Shown here piece by piece: positions 18,941 through 28,659 of a DNA stretch of 64,000 nucleotides (its first letter is position 1; every line of letters begins with the position of its first letter). The position numbers and the translations under genes were made by a program. Below the pieces are notes generated by a model. That model saw only the letters and a list, made by a program, of their open reading frames with translations, was not told the DNA's origin and made no database searches. The DNA is taken from contig CAZAMB010000005.1 of NCBI GenBank assembly GCA_964486335.1, positions 100,008 to 164,007 on the forward strand, read 5' to 3'. The stretch comes from an uncultured Phycisphaera sp. GTDB lineage: Bacteria > Planctomycetota > Phycisphaerae > UBA1845.

Positions 18941-19521
18941 AGACTCAATTAAGTACGAACGCAGAGAGGATTAACCATGGCGTGCCCCTGGCTTCAGCCC
19001 GCGCGGAAAAGGTGTGCAGGACAACGCTCGGATTTCATGGATGACTCGCGTCGTGTTTCGTCGAATCGTGCCGCGATAATCTCTTCACGCTTCAGCACGG
19101 CACGTCACCCTGCAGCGCTTTGTTTCGACGTGCCGGACGAAGCAAGACATTCACAACCTCGGAGCCGCCAGGTCTGAACAGGGCTTTAAGATCATCGATG
19201 ACGGGCTCTGAAAAGAGGTTGGTTTGCAGACCGGCGACAAGGTGGTCGGTGCCGACGTTACCTGCTCATGACCATTCCTCCGTGATCCAGCCCGGAAGTG
19301 TGAGCCAGCGGGTGGATCAGTTTGACGGGGAAGGGTCACGCGAACACCAAGAATCTTCGGAAACCCAAAGCGCTTCCGCCAAACATATGTCAAAACACAG
19401 TCGGCGAAAGCAATCTACTGTGGATTCTTGCGAACCAACGCGGATTTGGTCCGCCGAAGCGGAGAATGTCGAAGCGGATGTAACTCTCGATGAGTGCCAT
19501 AGTTATGGCACCAAAAAAGAC

Positions 19522-19608
<87 letters not shown>

Positions 19609-19862
19609 TAACGAAAACCGATGTACGCCGGGCCGCCACCGCAACCCAGTTGCATCCGCCCAACGTCCGCTTCATGCGGGCTGGCGTTGTACCAGTCTCG
19701 GAGGCGAATCGCAAGGCATACGTTTTGTCCGAATTCTAATCCGAGAAAACGGCGACGGCGCGGTGACTTCACGCACAATCCTTGTGACATTCGCATGAGC
19801 AACCTATCATGCTCGCGGATGCAGGTCGACACGACTGATTAAGGCCTCGAGGGTCCGTTATC

Positions 19863-20642
19863 GTGCATCGTTACAAGCTCTTCTGTCTGATCGGTGGTGT
19901 TGCCGCGATGGCTCCAATGGCCTTGGGGCAGAGCGCCGCGCGCGACGACGAAGCCCAAATCGACCGCATTCTGACCGAGCTGCAGCGGCGAAGCGACGGC
20001 CTCCGCGATATCCGCTGCGATGTGACATTCGTGGACGACGATCGCGTCAACCTCGCCAAGAACATCAAACGCGGGAGCATCCGGCTGCTGATTGCTGATC
20101 CCAACCCGTTTTTCTACGTTCACTTCGATCGAACCGAACTGGACGGGGTCGCGGGTAAACAGGAATGGTATCTGTTTGACGGACGCTGGTTCCATCAGGC
20201 CATCGAGCGACTCGAACGAGTGACGAAACAGGAAATCGCCTCGACGGCTCAGAAGATCGACTTGTTCGATATGGAGACGGCTCCGTTTCCGCTGCCTTTC
20301 GGCCAAAAGAAAGAAAACATACTTAAGAACTTCGACGTTCGCATTCTTCCCCCGACCGGCGGCGACCCGCCGAACACGGATCACTTGATCTGCAATCCCA
20401 AGCCGGAAAGTCGTCTTGCCAGGAAGTACGACCAGCTCGAGCTTTTCGTCCATCGCGAGCTGCGTTTGCCGACGCGAATCGTCGTAACAAAGAACAACGG
20501 GATGGAAGTCAGCACGGCCGACTTTCCCGATCTGTCGGAATCATCCGTGAATACCGGGCTCAAGCTCGGCGACTTCGAAAGACCTTCTGCATGGAGCAAA
20601 TACAAGGAAGTGATCGAGGAACTCGTGCCGGCTGAGGATTAA
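19863..20642 (+). CDS. hypothetical secreted protein (signal peptide; possibly LolA-like fold)
   Basis: 259 aa with N-terminal signal sequence MHRYKLFCLIGGVAAMAPMALGQSAA. No clear family. Confidence 0.55.
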   Translation: MHRYKLFCLIGGVAAMAPMALGQSAARDDEAQIDRILTELQRRSDGLRDIRCDVTFVDDDRVNLAKNIKRGSIRLLIADPNPFFYVHFDRTELDGVAGKQEWYLFDGRWFHQAIERLERVTKQEIASTAQKIDLFDMETAPFPLPFGQKKENILKNFDVRILPPTGGDPPNTDHLICNPKPESRLARKYDQLELFVHRELRLPTRIVVTKNNGMEVSTADFPDLSESSVNTGLKLGDFERPSAWSKYKEVIEELVPAED

Positions 20643-20651
20643 TGCACTTAC

Positions 20652-21755
20652 TTGCACTCCGGCAGGGACTTGCCCGCTCCATCATTTGGGCAACTGCGTT
20701 TAGAGTTTCAACGACAGCGGAAAGGATCAACCGTGAGAAAACCGGCGGTTCTCGTGACCGGTGCCAGCGGCGAGGTCGGCTTCGGACTCATCGAACGATT
20801 CGATCGCTCGCTTGACTTGCAGATCGTCTCGCTCGACTTGAAAGAACCGCCGCCGCCGATCCGCGCGTTTTGTTCCGCCTCCATCGTCGGCGACATTCTC
20901 GACGAGAATCTTCTGCAGCGACTCGTTACCGAATACGAAATCCACGCGATCTATCATCTGGCCGCACTGCTGAGCACGCGCGCCGAATACACTCCCGAAA
21001 CCGCCCATCGCGTCAACGTCGAGGGCACGCTCAATCTTTTGCGTTTCGCCCATGAGCAGGCCCGTTGGCACGGTAACCCGGTTAAGTTCATCTTTCCCAG
21101 TTCCATCGCCGTTTACGGACTCCCCTCGGTCGAAGCGAAAAATCGGGCCGGTCGCGTCAAGGAAACGGACTGGGTCTTCCCGACGACGATGTACGGTTGC
21201 AACAAGGCCTATTGTGAACACCTCGGTCGATATTATTCGCTTTACTATCGCCAGCTTGCCGCGGAGGCCGTCCCCAGCGGCGTTGACTTTCGATCGGTCC
21301 GCTTCCCGGGGCTCATCAGTGCGGTCACCATGCCCACGGGCGGAACAAGCGATTACGCCGTGGAGATGATCCATGCCGCCGCCCAGAAAAAGCCGTACTC
21401 TTGCTTCGTCGAACCGGAAGCGAAGATCCCTTTCATGGTCATGCCCGATGCGATCAAAGCGTTGATCCAACTGGCGCAAGCACCGGCCGATCGACTCTCA
21501 CAGCGCGTTTACAACGTCGCGTCCTTCGCCCTCACGGCGGCCGAATTGCGTGCCCGCGTGCTGCGCGACTTCCCTGGTGCGCGGATCACATTCGAGCCAG
21601 ACGCCCAGCGGGCCCGAATTGTGCAGACTTGGCCGGAAGACGTGGACGACTCGCCGGCGCGTCGCGACTGGAATTGGTCGCCCGACTTCGATCATATGCG
21701 AGCTTTCGACAACTATCTGATCCCGGAGATTAAGAGACACTATCAATCGTTGTGA
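20652..21755 (+). CDS. NAD-dependent epimerase/dehydratase-family protein (extended SDR; L-threonine-dehydrogenase-like)
   Basis: VLVTGASGEVGFGL Rossmann motif and YGCNK (YxxxK) catalytic motif. Exact start uncertain. Confidence 0.8.
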   Translation: MHSGRDLPAPSFGQLRLEFQRQRKGSTVRKPAVLVTGASGEVGFGLIERFDRSLDLQIVSLDLKEPPPPIRAFCSASIVGDILDENLLQRLVTEYEIHAIYHLAALLSTRAEYTPETAHRVNVEGTLNLLRFAHEQARWHGNPVKFIFPSSIAVYGLPSVEAKNRAGRVKETDWVFPTTMYGCNKAYCEHLGRYYSLYYRQLAAEAVPSGVDFRSVRFPGLISAVTMPTGGTSDYAVEMIHAAAQKKPYSCFVEPEAKIPFMVMPDAIKALIQLAQAPADRLSQRVYNVASFALTAAELRARVLRDFPGARITFEPDAQRARIVQTWPEDVDDSPARRDWNWSPDFDHMRAFDNYLIPEIKRHYQSL

Positions 21756-21781
21756 CGTTGCACGGATTGATGATCGTCCAA

Positions 21782-22978
21782 TCAGACTCGGCGAAATGGT
21801 CCGACGTCGGCTTGGCTCACGCAGACTTCGACATTCGGCAGGAATACCGCTAAACGTTTTGCCAGCGAACCCAGCGCCGGACGCTCGCTCGCCCAATGCC
21901 CGAGCACGATCGCAGAGGCGTCGGCCCGACGAATCGCCAGCGCATCGTGGTGCCGCATTTCGCCGGTCACGACGACGTCGCCAACGCGAAGTCCCGCGCG
22001 AAACGGCAGACTTCCCGAAGCCCCGGCCACGGCAATAACCCGCGAAATCCGATGGTTGGCGTCTCCGACAATTTGAACAGTATCCGCCTTCGTTGAAGCG
22101 TGGAGTTTTCTTGCAAGCGACGCCAGCGTCACGGGGTTGACGAGTGATCCGATGCGCCCGATGCCCCGAACCGGCGGAGCCTTGAGCGGATACACGTCAA
22201 ACGCCGGCTCCTCATAAGGGTGCGCGGCACGCATCGCCGATACGACTTCTGGCAGGCGGCGAGACGGCACAACGACTTCAAGCCGAACTTCTTCAACGGT
22301 TTCGAGCCGCCCGCTCCTGCCCACGGCCGGATTGGTCCCCTTCGTGCCGAAAAACGTGCCCGTACCCTCCGAACGGAAACTGCAACTTTCGTAGTCGCCG
22401 ATGCGACCCGCCCCGGCTGCAAACATCGCGTCGGACACGTTCTCGAGGTGCATCAGCGGAACAAAAACCACAAGCTTGCACTCCGTCGGACCGGGCCGAT
22501 CGACATACTCTAGTGGTTCGGTTTTCGATACCCCGCAAAGCGACATCAATACGTCGTTCGTACCGCCTTCGGCGGCGTCCAGCGCCGTGTGCGTCGAGTA
22601 GATGGCGATCCCATTGTGAATGCATTCGAACACGAGCGACTCCATCCCGGCGCCCGGAGCGGAGAGCGACCCGATCGGTTTGAATATCGGCGGATGGTAG
22701 GCCAGCAGCAGTTCGACGCGCAGGCGGACGGCTTCTTCCAGCACGCGATGCGTCAAGTCAATCGCCACAAGCATTCGACGCACTCGTGCTGCTTGGTCCC
22801 CGGCGAGCAGGCCGACATTGTCCCATGATTGCGCCAGCGCCGTCGGGGCTATCACCTCCATGGCCGCGCGGACGTCCTCAACCGTGCACGCACCGCGACC
22901 TCGCGCGGTTCGCCGCCGAGCGGCTCCGTTGTTTGCAGTCGATCCACTCGAAGGTTTCTTGCTCATGTTCCGCCGCAC
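21782..22978 (-). CDS. Nif3-family dinuclear metal-centre protein (YqfO/GCH1-type-2 like)
   Basis: 398 aa, VIAPTALAQSWDNVGLL..LLAYHPPIF..IAIYSTHTALDAA. The Nif3 two-lobe architecture with a central insertion. Confidence 0.85.
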   Translation of the reverse strand: MRRNMSKKPSSGSTANNGAARRRTARGRGACTVEDVRAAMEVIAPTALAQSWDNVGLLAGDQAARVRRMLVAIDLTHRVLEEAVRLRVELLLAYHPPIFKPIGSLSAPGAGMESLVFECIHNGIAIYSTHTALDAAEGGTNDVLMSLCGVSKTEPLEYVDRPGPTECKLVVFVPLMHLENVSDAMFAAGAGRIGDYESCSFRSEGTGTFFGTKGTNPAVGRSGRLETVEEVRLEVVVPSRRLPEVVSAMRAAHPYEEPAFDVYPLKAPPVRGIGRIGSLVNPVTLASLARKLHASTKADTVQIVGDANHRISRVIAVAGASGSLPFRAGLRVGDVVVTGEMRHHDALAIRRADASAIVLGHWASERPALGSLAKRLAVFLPNVEVCVSQADVGPFRRV

Positions 22979-23829
22979 TCCGATTGGATCAGTTTCTGAA
23001 ACTCGTCCCGCATTCTTTGAGTGACAGCACCCACGCGACCGTCAGCGATATCATGTTTTTCGACACGGATCACCGGCACGATGCCCATGATGACATTGGT
23101 CACGAAGACTTCATGGGCATCCAGCAGATCGTCAATGGTCAACGGCGTCTCTTCGACGGAATATCCGCACCGCGGTGCAATCTCCAGCACGGCCTCCCGC
23201 GCGATGCCCGGTAGAACCGGCGTATCCAGCGGCGGCGTGCGAATCACTTGGTTGTGAACGACAAACGCGTTGCTGATCGAACCCTCGGCCAGTTGTCGAC
23301 CCGTTGTAAACCACAGCGACTCAAAACACTTCGCCTGTCTTGCCTCGCGCAGTCCGAGCAGTCTCGGCAAATACGCCGTCGACTTGTGACCCGCGAGCGG
23401 ATCAGTCGGCGACAGTTGAAACGAACAGACGACGACGCCCACGCCTTGTTCATATTGCCGGTCAGGACGTTCGACCATCGGCGCCGCCGAAACACATACC
23501 GTCAACCGCGGTGCGTCCGCGTTCGCGTCGTCGCGCATCGATCCCGCAGACACGGTCAGGCGAACCCTGCCCGTCAGGAGCGAGTTCCGCTTCAGCAATT
23601 GCTCAAGATCATCCGCACTGGGGAGCGACGCTGACTCCATCGGAGCGATCAGCTTCGCGGCGGACCTCTGCAAGCGATCGACGTGCCGATCAAGCCGGAA
23701 TACTCTCCCATTCACGGCCCGCATTGTCTCAAACAGCCCCGCTCCATGCAGAAACGCGCCGTCAAAAACGCTGATTCGGGCTTCGGAATCACTGACAAAC
23801 GAGCCATTGAGATAGACCACCGACGTCAT
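22963..23829 (-). CDS. class IV aminotransferase (likely aminodeoxychorismate lyase PabC, given context)
   Basis: 288 aa, fold-type IV PLP enzyme pattern (LHGAGLFETMRA..). Directly downstream of, and overlapping by ATGA, the PabB-like gene. Confidence 0.75.
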   Translation of the reverse strand: MTSVVYLNGSFVSDSEARISVFDGAFLHGAGLFETMRAVNGRVFRLDRHVDRLQRSAAKLIAPMESASLPSADDLEQLLKRNSLLTGRVRLTVSAGSMRDDANADAPRLTVCVSAAPMVERPDRQYEQGVGVVVCSFQLSPTDPLAGHKSTAYLPRLLGLREARQAKCFESLWFTTGRQLAEGSISNAFVVHNQVIRTPPLDTPVLPGIAREAVLEIAPRCGYSVEETPLTIDDLLDAHEVFVTNVIMGIVPVIRVEKHDIADGRVGAVTQRMRDEFQKLIQSECGGT

Positions 23830-25268
23830 GCCACGACAACTCCCGTGCGGCTTCGGCGGGCGACACGGACGGGCTCACCGACGCCCAAGGCCGCGAGCAT
23901 CCCTTCGGACTTGGCGCGAATCTCGTCCAGTTCGACGCTCGGATCGCTCTCGGCCACGATCGCGCCGCCGGCGTACGCGTGAACGAGATTGCCTCGCTGC
24001 AGCATCGTTCGAATGGCGATATTGAACGAGCATCGTCCGTCAAGACCGATCCACCCGATAGATCCGCAGTAGAGCTCACGGGGGGTCGGTTCAAGCTCGC
24101 GAATGATCTGCATTGCCCGCAACTTCGGCGCGCCTGTGATGGACCCGCCCGGAAACGACGCCTCCAGCAGGTCCACCCAACTGCAATTCTGTCGGAGCCG
24201 ACCTTCAACCGTCGCTACGCGGTGAAATACCGTCGGGTGTTCCTCGATTTCACCCGCCTCGGTCACGCGAACCGATCCGAATTCGCACACGCGGCCCAGG
24301 TCGTTGCGGAGTAGATCGACAATCATCGTCAATTCCGCGCGGTCTTTTTCACTTTCTTGCAGTTCAATTCGACGCGCAGCGTCCTTGGTCGGGTCTTCAG
24401 TCCGCGGTCGTGTTCCCTTGATCGGGCGCGTCACCACGATGCCGTCGTCAACGTCGAGAAAAAGTTCCGGCGATGAACACAATACCGCCGAATCGTCCCA
24501 ACGAAGAAACGCCGCATGCGAAGACGGATTGGTTTGTCGAAGGCGTCGGTACACGTTGAGCGGATCCGCGTTCGTTTGAAAGGAGAATCGCCGCGAAAGA
24601 TTGACCTGATACACGTCGCCCGCCTCGATGTACTCGATGGCCCGGCGCACTTTGCGCCGATACGCATCCGGCGGAAAATTGGAGACGGGGAGGCTACTCC
24701 GCAAAAGTGTAAGCTGAGGCGGCGTCAATCCAGCCGCCGCGCGAAGTCGTTTTCGGAGGAGGTCGAGACGGTGGTCCGCGCTGGGACGCCCGTCCGGCCC
24801 ACCCATGGCCCACTCCACCGCACACACAAACCATTGGCCTAGCAAATGATCGAAGACCAGCAAATGGTCGTACAGCCCGAATCGCAACAGCGGGACAGTC
24901 TCCGAATCGGATGGTCGAGGCAAGACCCGCTTGCCCACCAAACCGGCTTCATAGGAAAGATATCCAATCCATCCGCCCACGAAGGGGATCACATCGGGTT
25001 TCCACTGCGTGCCTTCCGGACATTTCGTACAAGCGGCCAGCTTCCGCAAAAACACTATTGGCGACAAGGCGCTTGCGTTTGTAACCGTCATTGTTTCCAC
25101 CGGGTCGCACGCGTAGATCGAAAACCGACCCGCGCGCCATGTCGGTTGAAGCGTTTCGAGCAGGGCGGGTTCCCGCCCCTGAGCGGTCATGACGGCCACC
25201 GCTTCCGAATCGGGTGAATCCGCAGACGGTTCAACAATGAAACGGGACACTCCATATGGCGAGTCCAT
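23826..25268 (-). CDS. pabB: aminodeoxychorismate/anthranilate synthase component I family protein
   Basis: 480 aa chorismate-binding enzyme, GAPKLRAMQIIRELE..YCGSIGW..FNIAIRT C-terminal motifs. Confidence 0.8.
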   Translation of the reverse strand: MDSPYGVSRFIVEPSADSPDSEAVAVMTAQGREPALLETLQPTWRAGRFSIYACDPVETMTVTNASALSPIVFLRKLAACTKCPEGTQWKPDVIPFVGGWIGYLSYEAGLVGKRVLPRPSDSETVPLLRFGLYDHLLVFDHLLGQWFVCAVEWAMGGPDGRPSADHRLDLLRKRLRAAAGLTPPQLTLLRSSLPVSNFPPDAYRRKVRRAIEYIEAGDVYQVNLSRRFSFQTNADPLNVYRRLRQTNPSSHAAFLRWDDSAVLCSSPELFLDVDDGIVVTRPIKGTRPRTEDPTKDAARRIELQESEKDRAELTMIVDLLRNDLGRVCEFGSVRVTEAGEIEEHPTVFHRVATVEGRLRQNCSWVDLLEASFPGGSITGAPKLRAMQIIRELEPTPRELYCGSIGWIGLDGRCSFNIAIRTMLQRGNLVHAYAGGAIVAESDPSVELDEIRAKSEGMLAALGVGEPVRVARRSRTGVVVA

Positions 25269-25390
25269 GATCGCCGAAGTATACTCCGAGACCGTTTTTG
25301 CAACGAGATTGCCTACGTTGACACGCCCGCTGTTGCGGAGTAACCTCTACTTTCAACTGGCGCGGATAAAAAGAAGTTTTTCACAGCAGG

Positions 25391-26707
25391 ATGAGGGTGA
25401 CTCTCATGCGAACTCGGCATCATCGATTTGCATCGGCGATCGCCGCGGCAGGTTGTCTCGCGGCGGGGGTTCTTTTCGGACGGCAAGCGACGAAGGCGCT
25501 GGCGCAAACGGAATCGCGGACAATCATCGGTGAAGGCGAAATCAACGCCAACGACGTGTATGTTCGAAGCGGCGATAGCCTGAATCACTATACGATCTGC
25601 AAGCTTCGCGCAGGCGATCGTGTCACCGTCGTCGGAGAACGCGGTGAATGGTACGAGATTCTTCCTCCCGATGGGTCGTTTTCGCTTGTCTCCGGTGACT
25701 ATGTGGACACGGCCGACAATCAAAAGGGCCTGATCAACGGCAACAACGTTCGCGTCCGTGCCGGGTCTCTTCTCAACGAGAACAAGTACACCGTCCAGAC
25801 CCTTTTGTCGAAGGGTGCCGAAGTATCGATTCTGGGCCGAAACCCTGACGGCTTTCTGCGAATCAAGCCGCCGCAGGGCGCGACGGTCTGGATTAATCGC
25901 TCGTTCGTTCAACTTGCCGCAGACGGGCGACCGTCATCGACGATCAGCGAAACGACAGCGACACCGCTTACCGGCTCAGATTCCCCGGCAAAGCCTGACG
26001 AACCAGTTGACGCTCCTTCCCCGGATGCGATTCCTCAACCCGGCGGAGCAGCTCCCCTCGCCGCGCCTCCTACGATTGCCGCGTCGAAACCTCGAACGGC
26101 CACTTCGGGTGATTCCGACCGTTTGCGCGCGCGACTCGATGAACTCGATCGGATCGTCAAGGAGCAGCTCGCCAAACCGTTCGCTGAACGCCAGTTCGAT
26201 GCGGCATTGACCGGTTTTCGTGAAGTCGCGGCCAGCGGTGACGAGTACATCGGCCAATACGCTGAACGTCGGATTGCCGAAATTGAGACTGCTGTTGAAG
26301 CCGCGGATTCATTTCGTCAGTTCAAACGACTCGACGAGATCGCCGATGCCAAACGACGGGAGTATCGCTCGGCGCGAGCTGCAATTCCCGAAACCGTTCC
26401 GACCCTGCCTACGGGAATCGAGATCAAAGGCGAGCTTCGAGCCAGCGTGTTGTTTCCGCCCGAGTCGGCCAATCCGCGCTATCGCCTGGTCGATCCCAGC
26501 GTTGCCGGAGGTCGGACCATCGGGTATGTGGAAATCCCCGCCGATTCGCCTATCAAAGTAAACGATTTTCTGGGACGTTACGTCGGGGTACGCGCACTTG
26601 AACGGCGCGTACAAAGCGGCGGTGTCGATCCGGTTCCGTTGTTCATTGCCAGCGAGTTGATTCCGCTTGAATCGCCGTTGTCGCCTGCGCCAACCGGCGG
26701 TAATTGA
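25391..26707 (+). CDS. secreted protein with tandem bacterial SH3-like domains and Pro/Ala-rich linker
   Basis: Signal peptide, then GDRVTVVGERGEWYEI and a second SH3b-like repeat, low-complexity P/A-rich region, C-terminal domain unknown. Confidence 0.6.
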   Translation: MRVTLMRTRHHRFASAIAAAGCLAAGVLFGRQATKALAQTESRTIIGEGEINANDVYVRSGDSLNHYTICKLRAGDRVTVVGERGEWYEILPPDGSFSLVSGDYVDTADNQKGLINGNNVRVRAGSLLNENKYTVQTLLSKGAEVSILGRNPDGFLRIKPPQGATVWINRSFVQLAADGRPSSTISETTATPLTGSDSPAKPDEPVDAPSPDAIPQPGGAAPLAAPPTIAASKPRTATSGDSDRLRARLDELDRIVKEQLAKPFAERQFDAALTGFREVAASGDEYIGQYAERRIAEIETAVEAADSFRQFKRLDEIADAKRREYRSARAAIPETVPTLPTGIEIKGELRASVLFPPESANPRYRLVDPSVAGGRTIGYVEIPADSPIKVNDFLGRYVGVRALERRVQSGGVDPVPLFIASELIPLESPLSPAPTGGN

Positions 26708-26777
26708 AACTCGATGGCACGAAGCCGAAAGACAAGCTTGAGAAACCTGCGGTTGCCCTGAGGAGGAAATTGAAACG

Positions 26778-26954
26778 ATGAAAAGAACGTTGACGCTGCG
26801 AAGGCAACTCACTGCCGTCGTCGGTGCTGGAATGCTGTTTCAGACCGGTGGCTGCATGATCGACACGAATGCTTTGTTCGCTCAGTTAGCAACGTCCGTG
26901 ATCCAGAACGTTCTGGCAACATTTATTTTTGGCGCGTTCAACTTGGTACCTTGA
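26778..26954 (+). CDS. small putative lipoprotein (58 aa)
   Basis: Strong SD aggagg at 26761..26766, ATG at 26778. MKRTLTLRRQLTAVVGAGMLFQTGGCMID carries a lipobox-like TGGC. Below the ORF-track size cutoff. Confidence 0.4.
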   Translation: MKRTLTLRRQLTAVVGAGMLFQTGGCMIDTNALFAQLATSVIQNVLATFIFGAFNLVP

Positions 26955-27204
26955 TCGACGGATTGTGAGCCGTCTACGCCGATGACGTTTGGCTGGGACA
27001 ATAGAGAAGTCCCTTCAGCCGTGTTCATCCTTGGCAAGCTATGGCTGAGCGCCTGCGGACGACTCCGAAGGAGATCGGGTTGTTGGCGCTTTAAGGGAAC
27101 TGCGGGCGTTTTTGAAGTGACTGACTGACCAATGAGTGCTCACGTCTTTGGGGCGGCGTGCTAAGTAAGACCATTTCCGACGTTTTCTCTTGCTACAGGC
27201 GGCT

Positions 27205-28482
27205 CTATCCCGTGCCTAGCGAAAGGGGTTTTTGGCAGTTGGGACAGATAATGGATTGCATACGTGACCAGCGCTGGGCGAGTGCATTCTCGCGGCGCGT
27301 AATCTCGTCGATCCGCTTCTGCAATTCGACTTCGCGTTCAGCGGCTTCGCGTTTAGCAACGGCAAGCGCATCTGCTTCGGTCTGAATTCGCGCGCCATGC
27401 TCGAACAACTCGCGCTCACGCTGGGCGAGCTTGTCGTTGAACTGAGTGATATCATGGAGTTGACCTCGTAGCGCGGCGTCGCGGGCGTCGAGTTCCGCCT
27501 CGCGTGTTTTCAGTCCGGATTGTTGTTCGTCAATGTGTCCCGCGTCTCGCTGCAACTGGGCGCGCCACTGGTTCAATCGCTGCCACGCATCGGCGATATT
27601 GGTGTTGATCGGGTCCAGTTTCGGTCCAGCATTCGGTTCGACCACACTCTCTTCGTCGTTCGTCGGTTCGTTCACCGCGGGTTTAGCGCCAACTGACGTG
27701 GATGGTGTCGATTGTGCGCGGGACTGCGTGGTCGCACCGCCGCAGGGGGTCGGTCTGGATTCGTTCATCTGCACGGCCAGCCCAAACGGACCGACCGTCA
27801 GGCGGTCGCCATTGGAGAGTGGATGCATTTCGCATCGCCGGCCGTTAACCCACACGCCGGAGCGACTTCCAAGATCATACAGGGCCGACCCGTCGCCGAA
27901 GCGAAATATGACGGCATGACGCATGGAAATGTCCGTGTGGTCGAGTCGAACGCCGGCCTTTTCGTGTCGTCCGATGAGGGCGGCGGCGGATTCAATTTTC
28001 CAGCTTCGCTCCGCATGAATGAGCGACAGAGTAATGGGCTGGGGAAGGCTCGTGGGCTCGATGAACTCCATTCCGCAGCCGGAATCGTCAGTCTCGCCGG
28101 CGGGGACGCGGATGGCGACCTGAATCATGCTGTCGCCGATGGAAATCACGTCGCCATCGTTGAGCGCGACGAGTTCGATTTTCTCTTTGTTGCGGCAGGT
28201 TCCATTGGTTGTGTGCAAGTCAAAGAGCAGGACGTCCTTGCCCGTGTTCACGATCGCACAATGAGCGACGCTGATGTCTCGATCGTGAAGTACGATGTGG
28301 GCCGGTCGCTTCGAACCAACCAATGTGACTGGACGACGTAGATTCCATGTTTTTTGACCGGCCGATCCGAACCCCGCCGTAATGCGCACTTGCGGCGCCG
28401 AGGGCGGCAATTCGATGGTCGGCTCCGCGAGTACGTTGGCGGCCTGGCTCATGGTCTGTTTCCCCTGCGTGGTCTCGGGCAT
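27205..28482 (-). CDS. FHA-domain protein (two FHA domains, coiled-coil tail, C-terminal CxxC zinc ribbon)
   Basis: Two FHA signatures (LVGSKRPAHIVLHDRDISVAHCAIV..; LIGRHEKAGVRLDHTDISMRHAVIF..GSRSGVWVNG). True start is likely Met at 28482 or 28452. The track ORF extends to 29232 through the surE gene on the other strand. Confidence 0.75.
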   Translation of the reverse strand: MPETTQGKQTMSQAANVLAEPTIELPPSAPQVRITAGFGSAGQKTWNLRRPVTLVGSKRPAHIVLHDRDISVAHCAIVNTGKDVLLFDLHTTNGTCRNKEKIELVALNDGDVISIGDSMIQVAIRVPAGETDDSGCGMEFIEPTSLPQPITLSLIHAERSWKIESAAALIGRHEKAGVRLDHTDISMRHAVIFRFGDGSALYDLGSRSGVWVNGRRCEMHPLSNGDRLTVGPFGLAVQMNESRPTPCGGATTQSRAQSTPSTSVGAKPAVNEPTNDEESVVEPNAGPKLDPINTNIADAWQRLNQWRAQLQRDAGHIDEQQSGLKTREAELDARDAALRGQLHDITQFNDKLAQRERELFEHGARIQTEADALAVAKREAAEREVELQKRIDEITRRENALAQRWSRMQSIICPNCQKPLSLGTG

Positions 28483-28659
28483 CGACGCCGACGTGAGCCG
28501 AATCTCGACGGAGGCGACAGACTGCGGCACGGGCCCTGTGGTCCGGTCGACCGCACGACCTGCGCAATCTGGAGTGCCGAATCCAAATAGTAAGGTACAA
28601 TTGGCAAGAGCGGCGCGGCAAATGTCGCCGAGAACGACGTCCGGAAACGTAGGGCAGGC

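Noticed and set aside
19095-19275. Minus-strand frame encoding ~55 protein-like residues (..GNVGTDHLVAGLQTNLFSEPVIDDLKALFRPGGSEVVNVLLRPARRNKALQGDVPC*)
   Set aside because: No ATG/GTG/TTG start in frame after the preceding stop, and the frame is short and bounded by stops. Most likely chance, or an old gene remnant at most.
19285-19335. Sequence ccagcccggaagtgtgagccagc superficially resembling the conserved domain-IV motif of SRP RNA (CAGGUCCGGAAGGAAGCAGC), which is intriguing because ffh is in this window
   Set aside because: I could not fold it into the required helix-8 structure (no GNRA tetraloop closed by the expected pairs; flanks do not form the symmetric loop). In a 60% GC genome this level of similarity is expected by chance.
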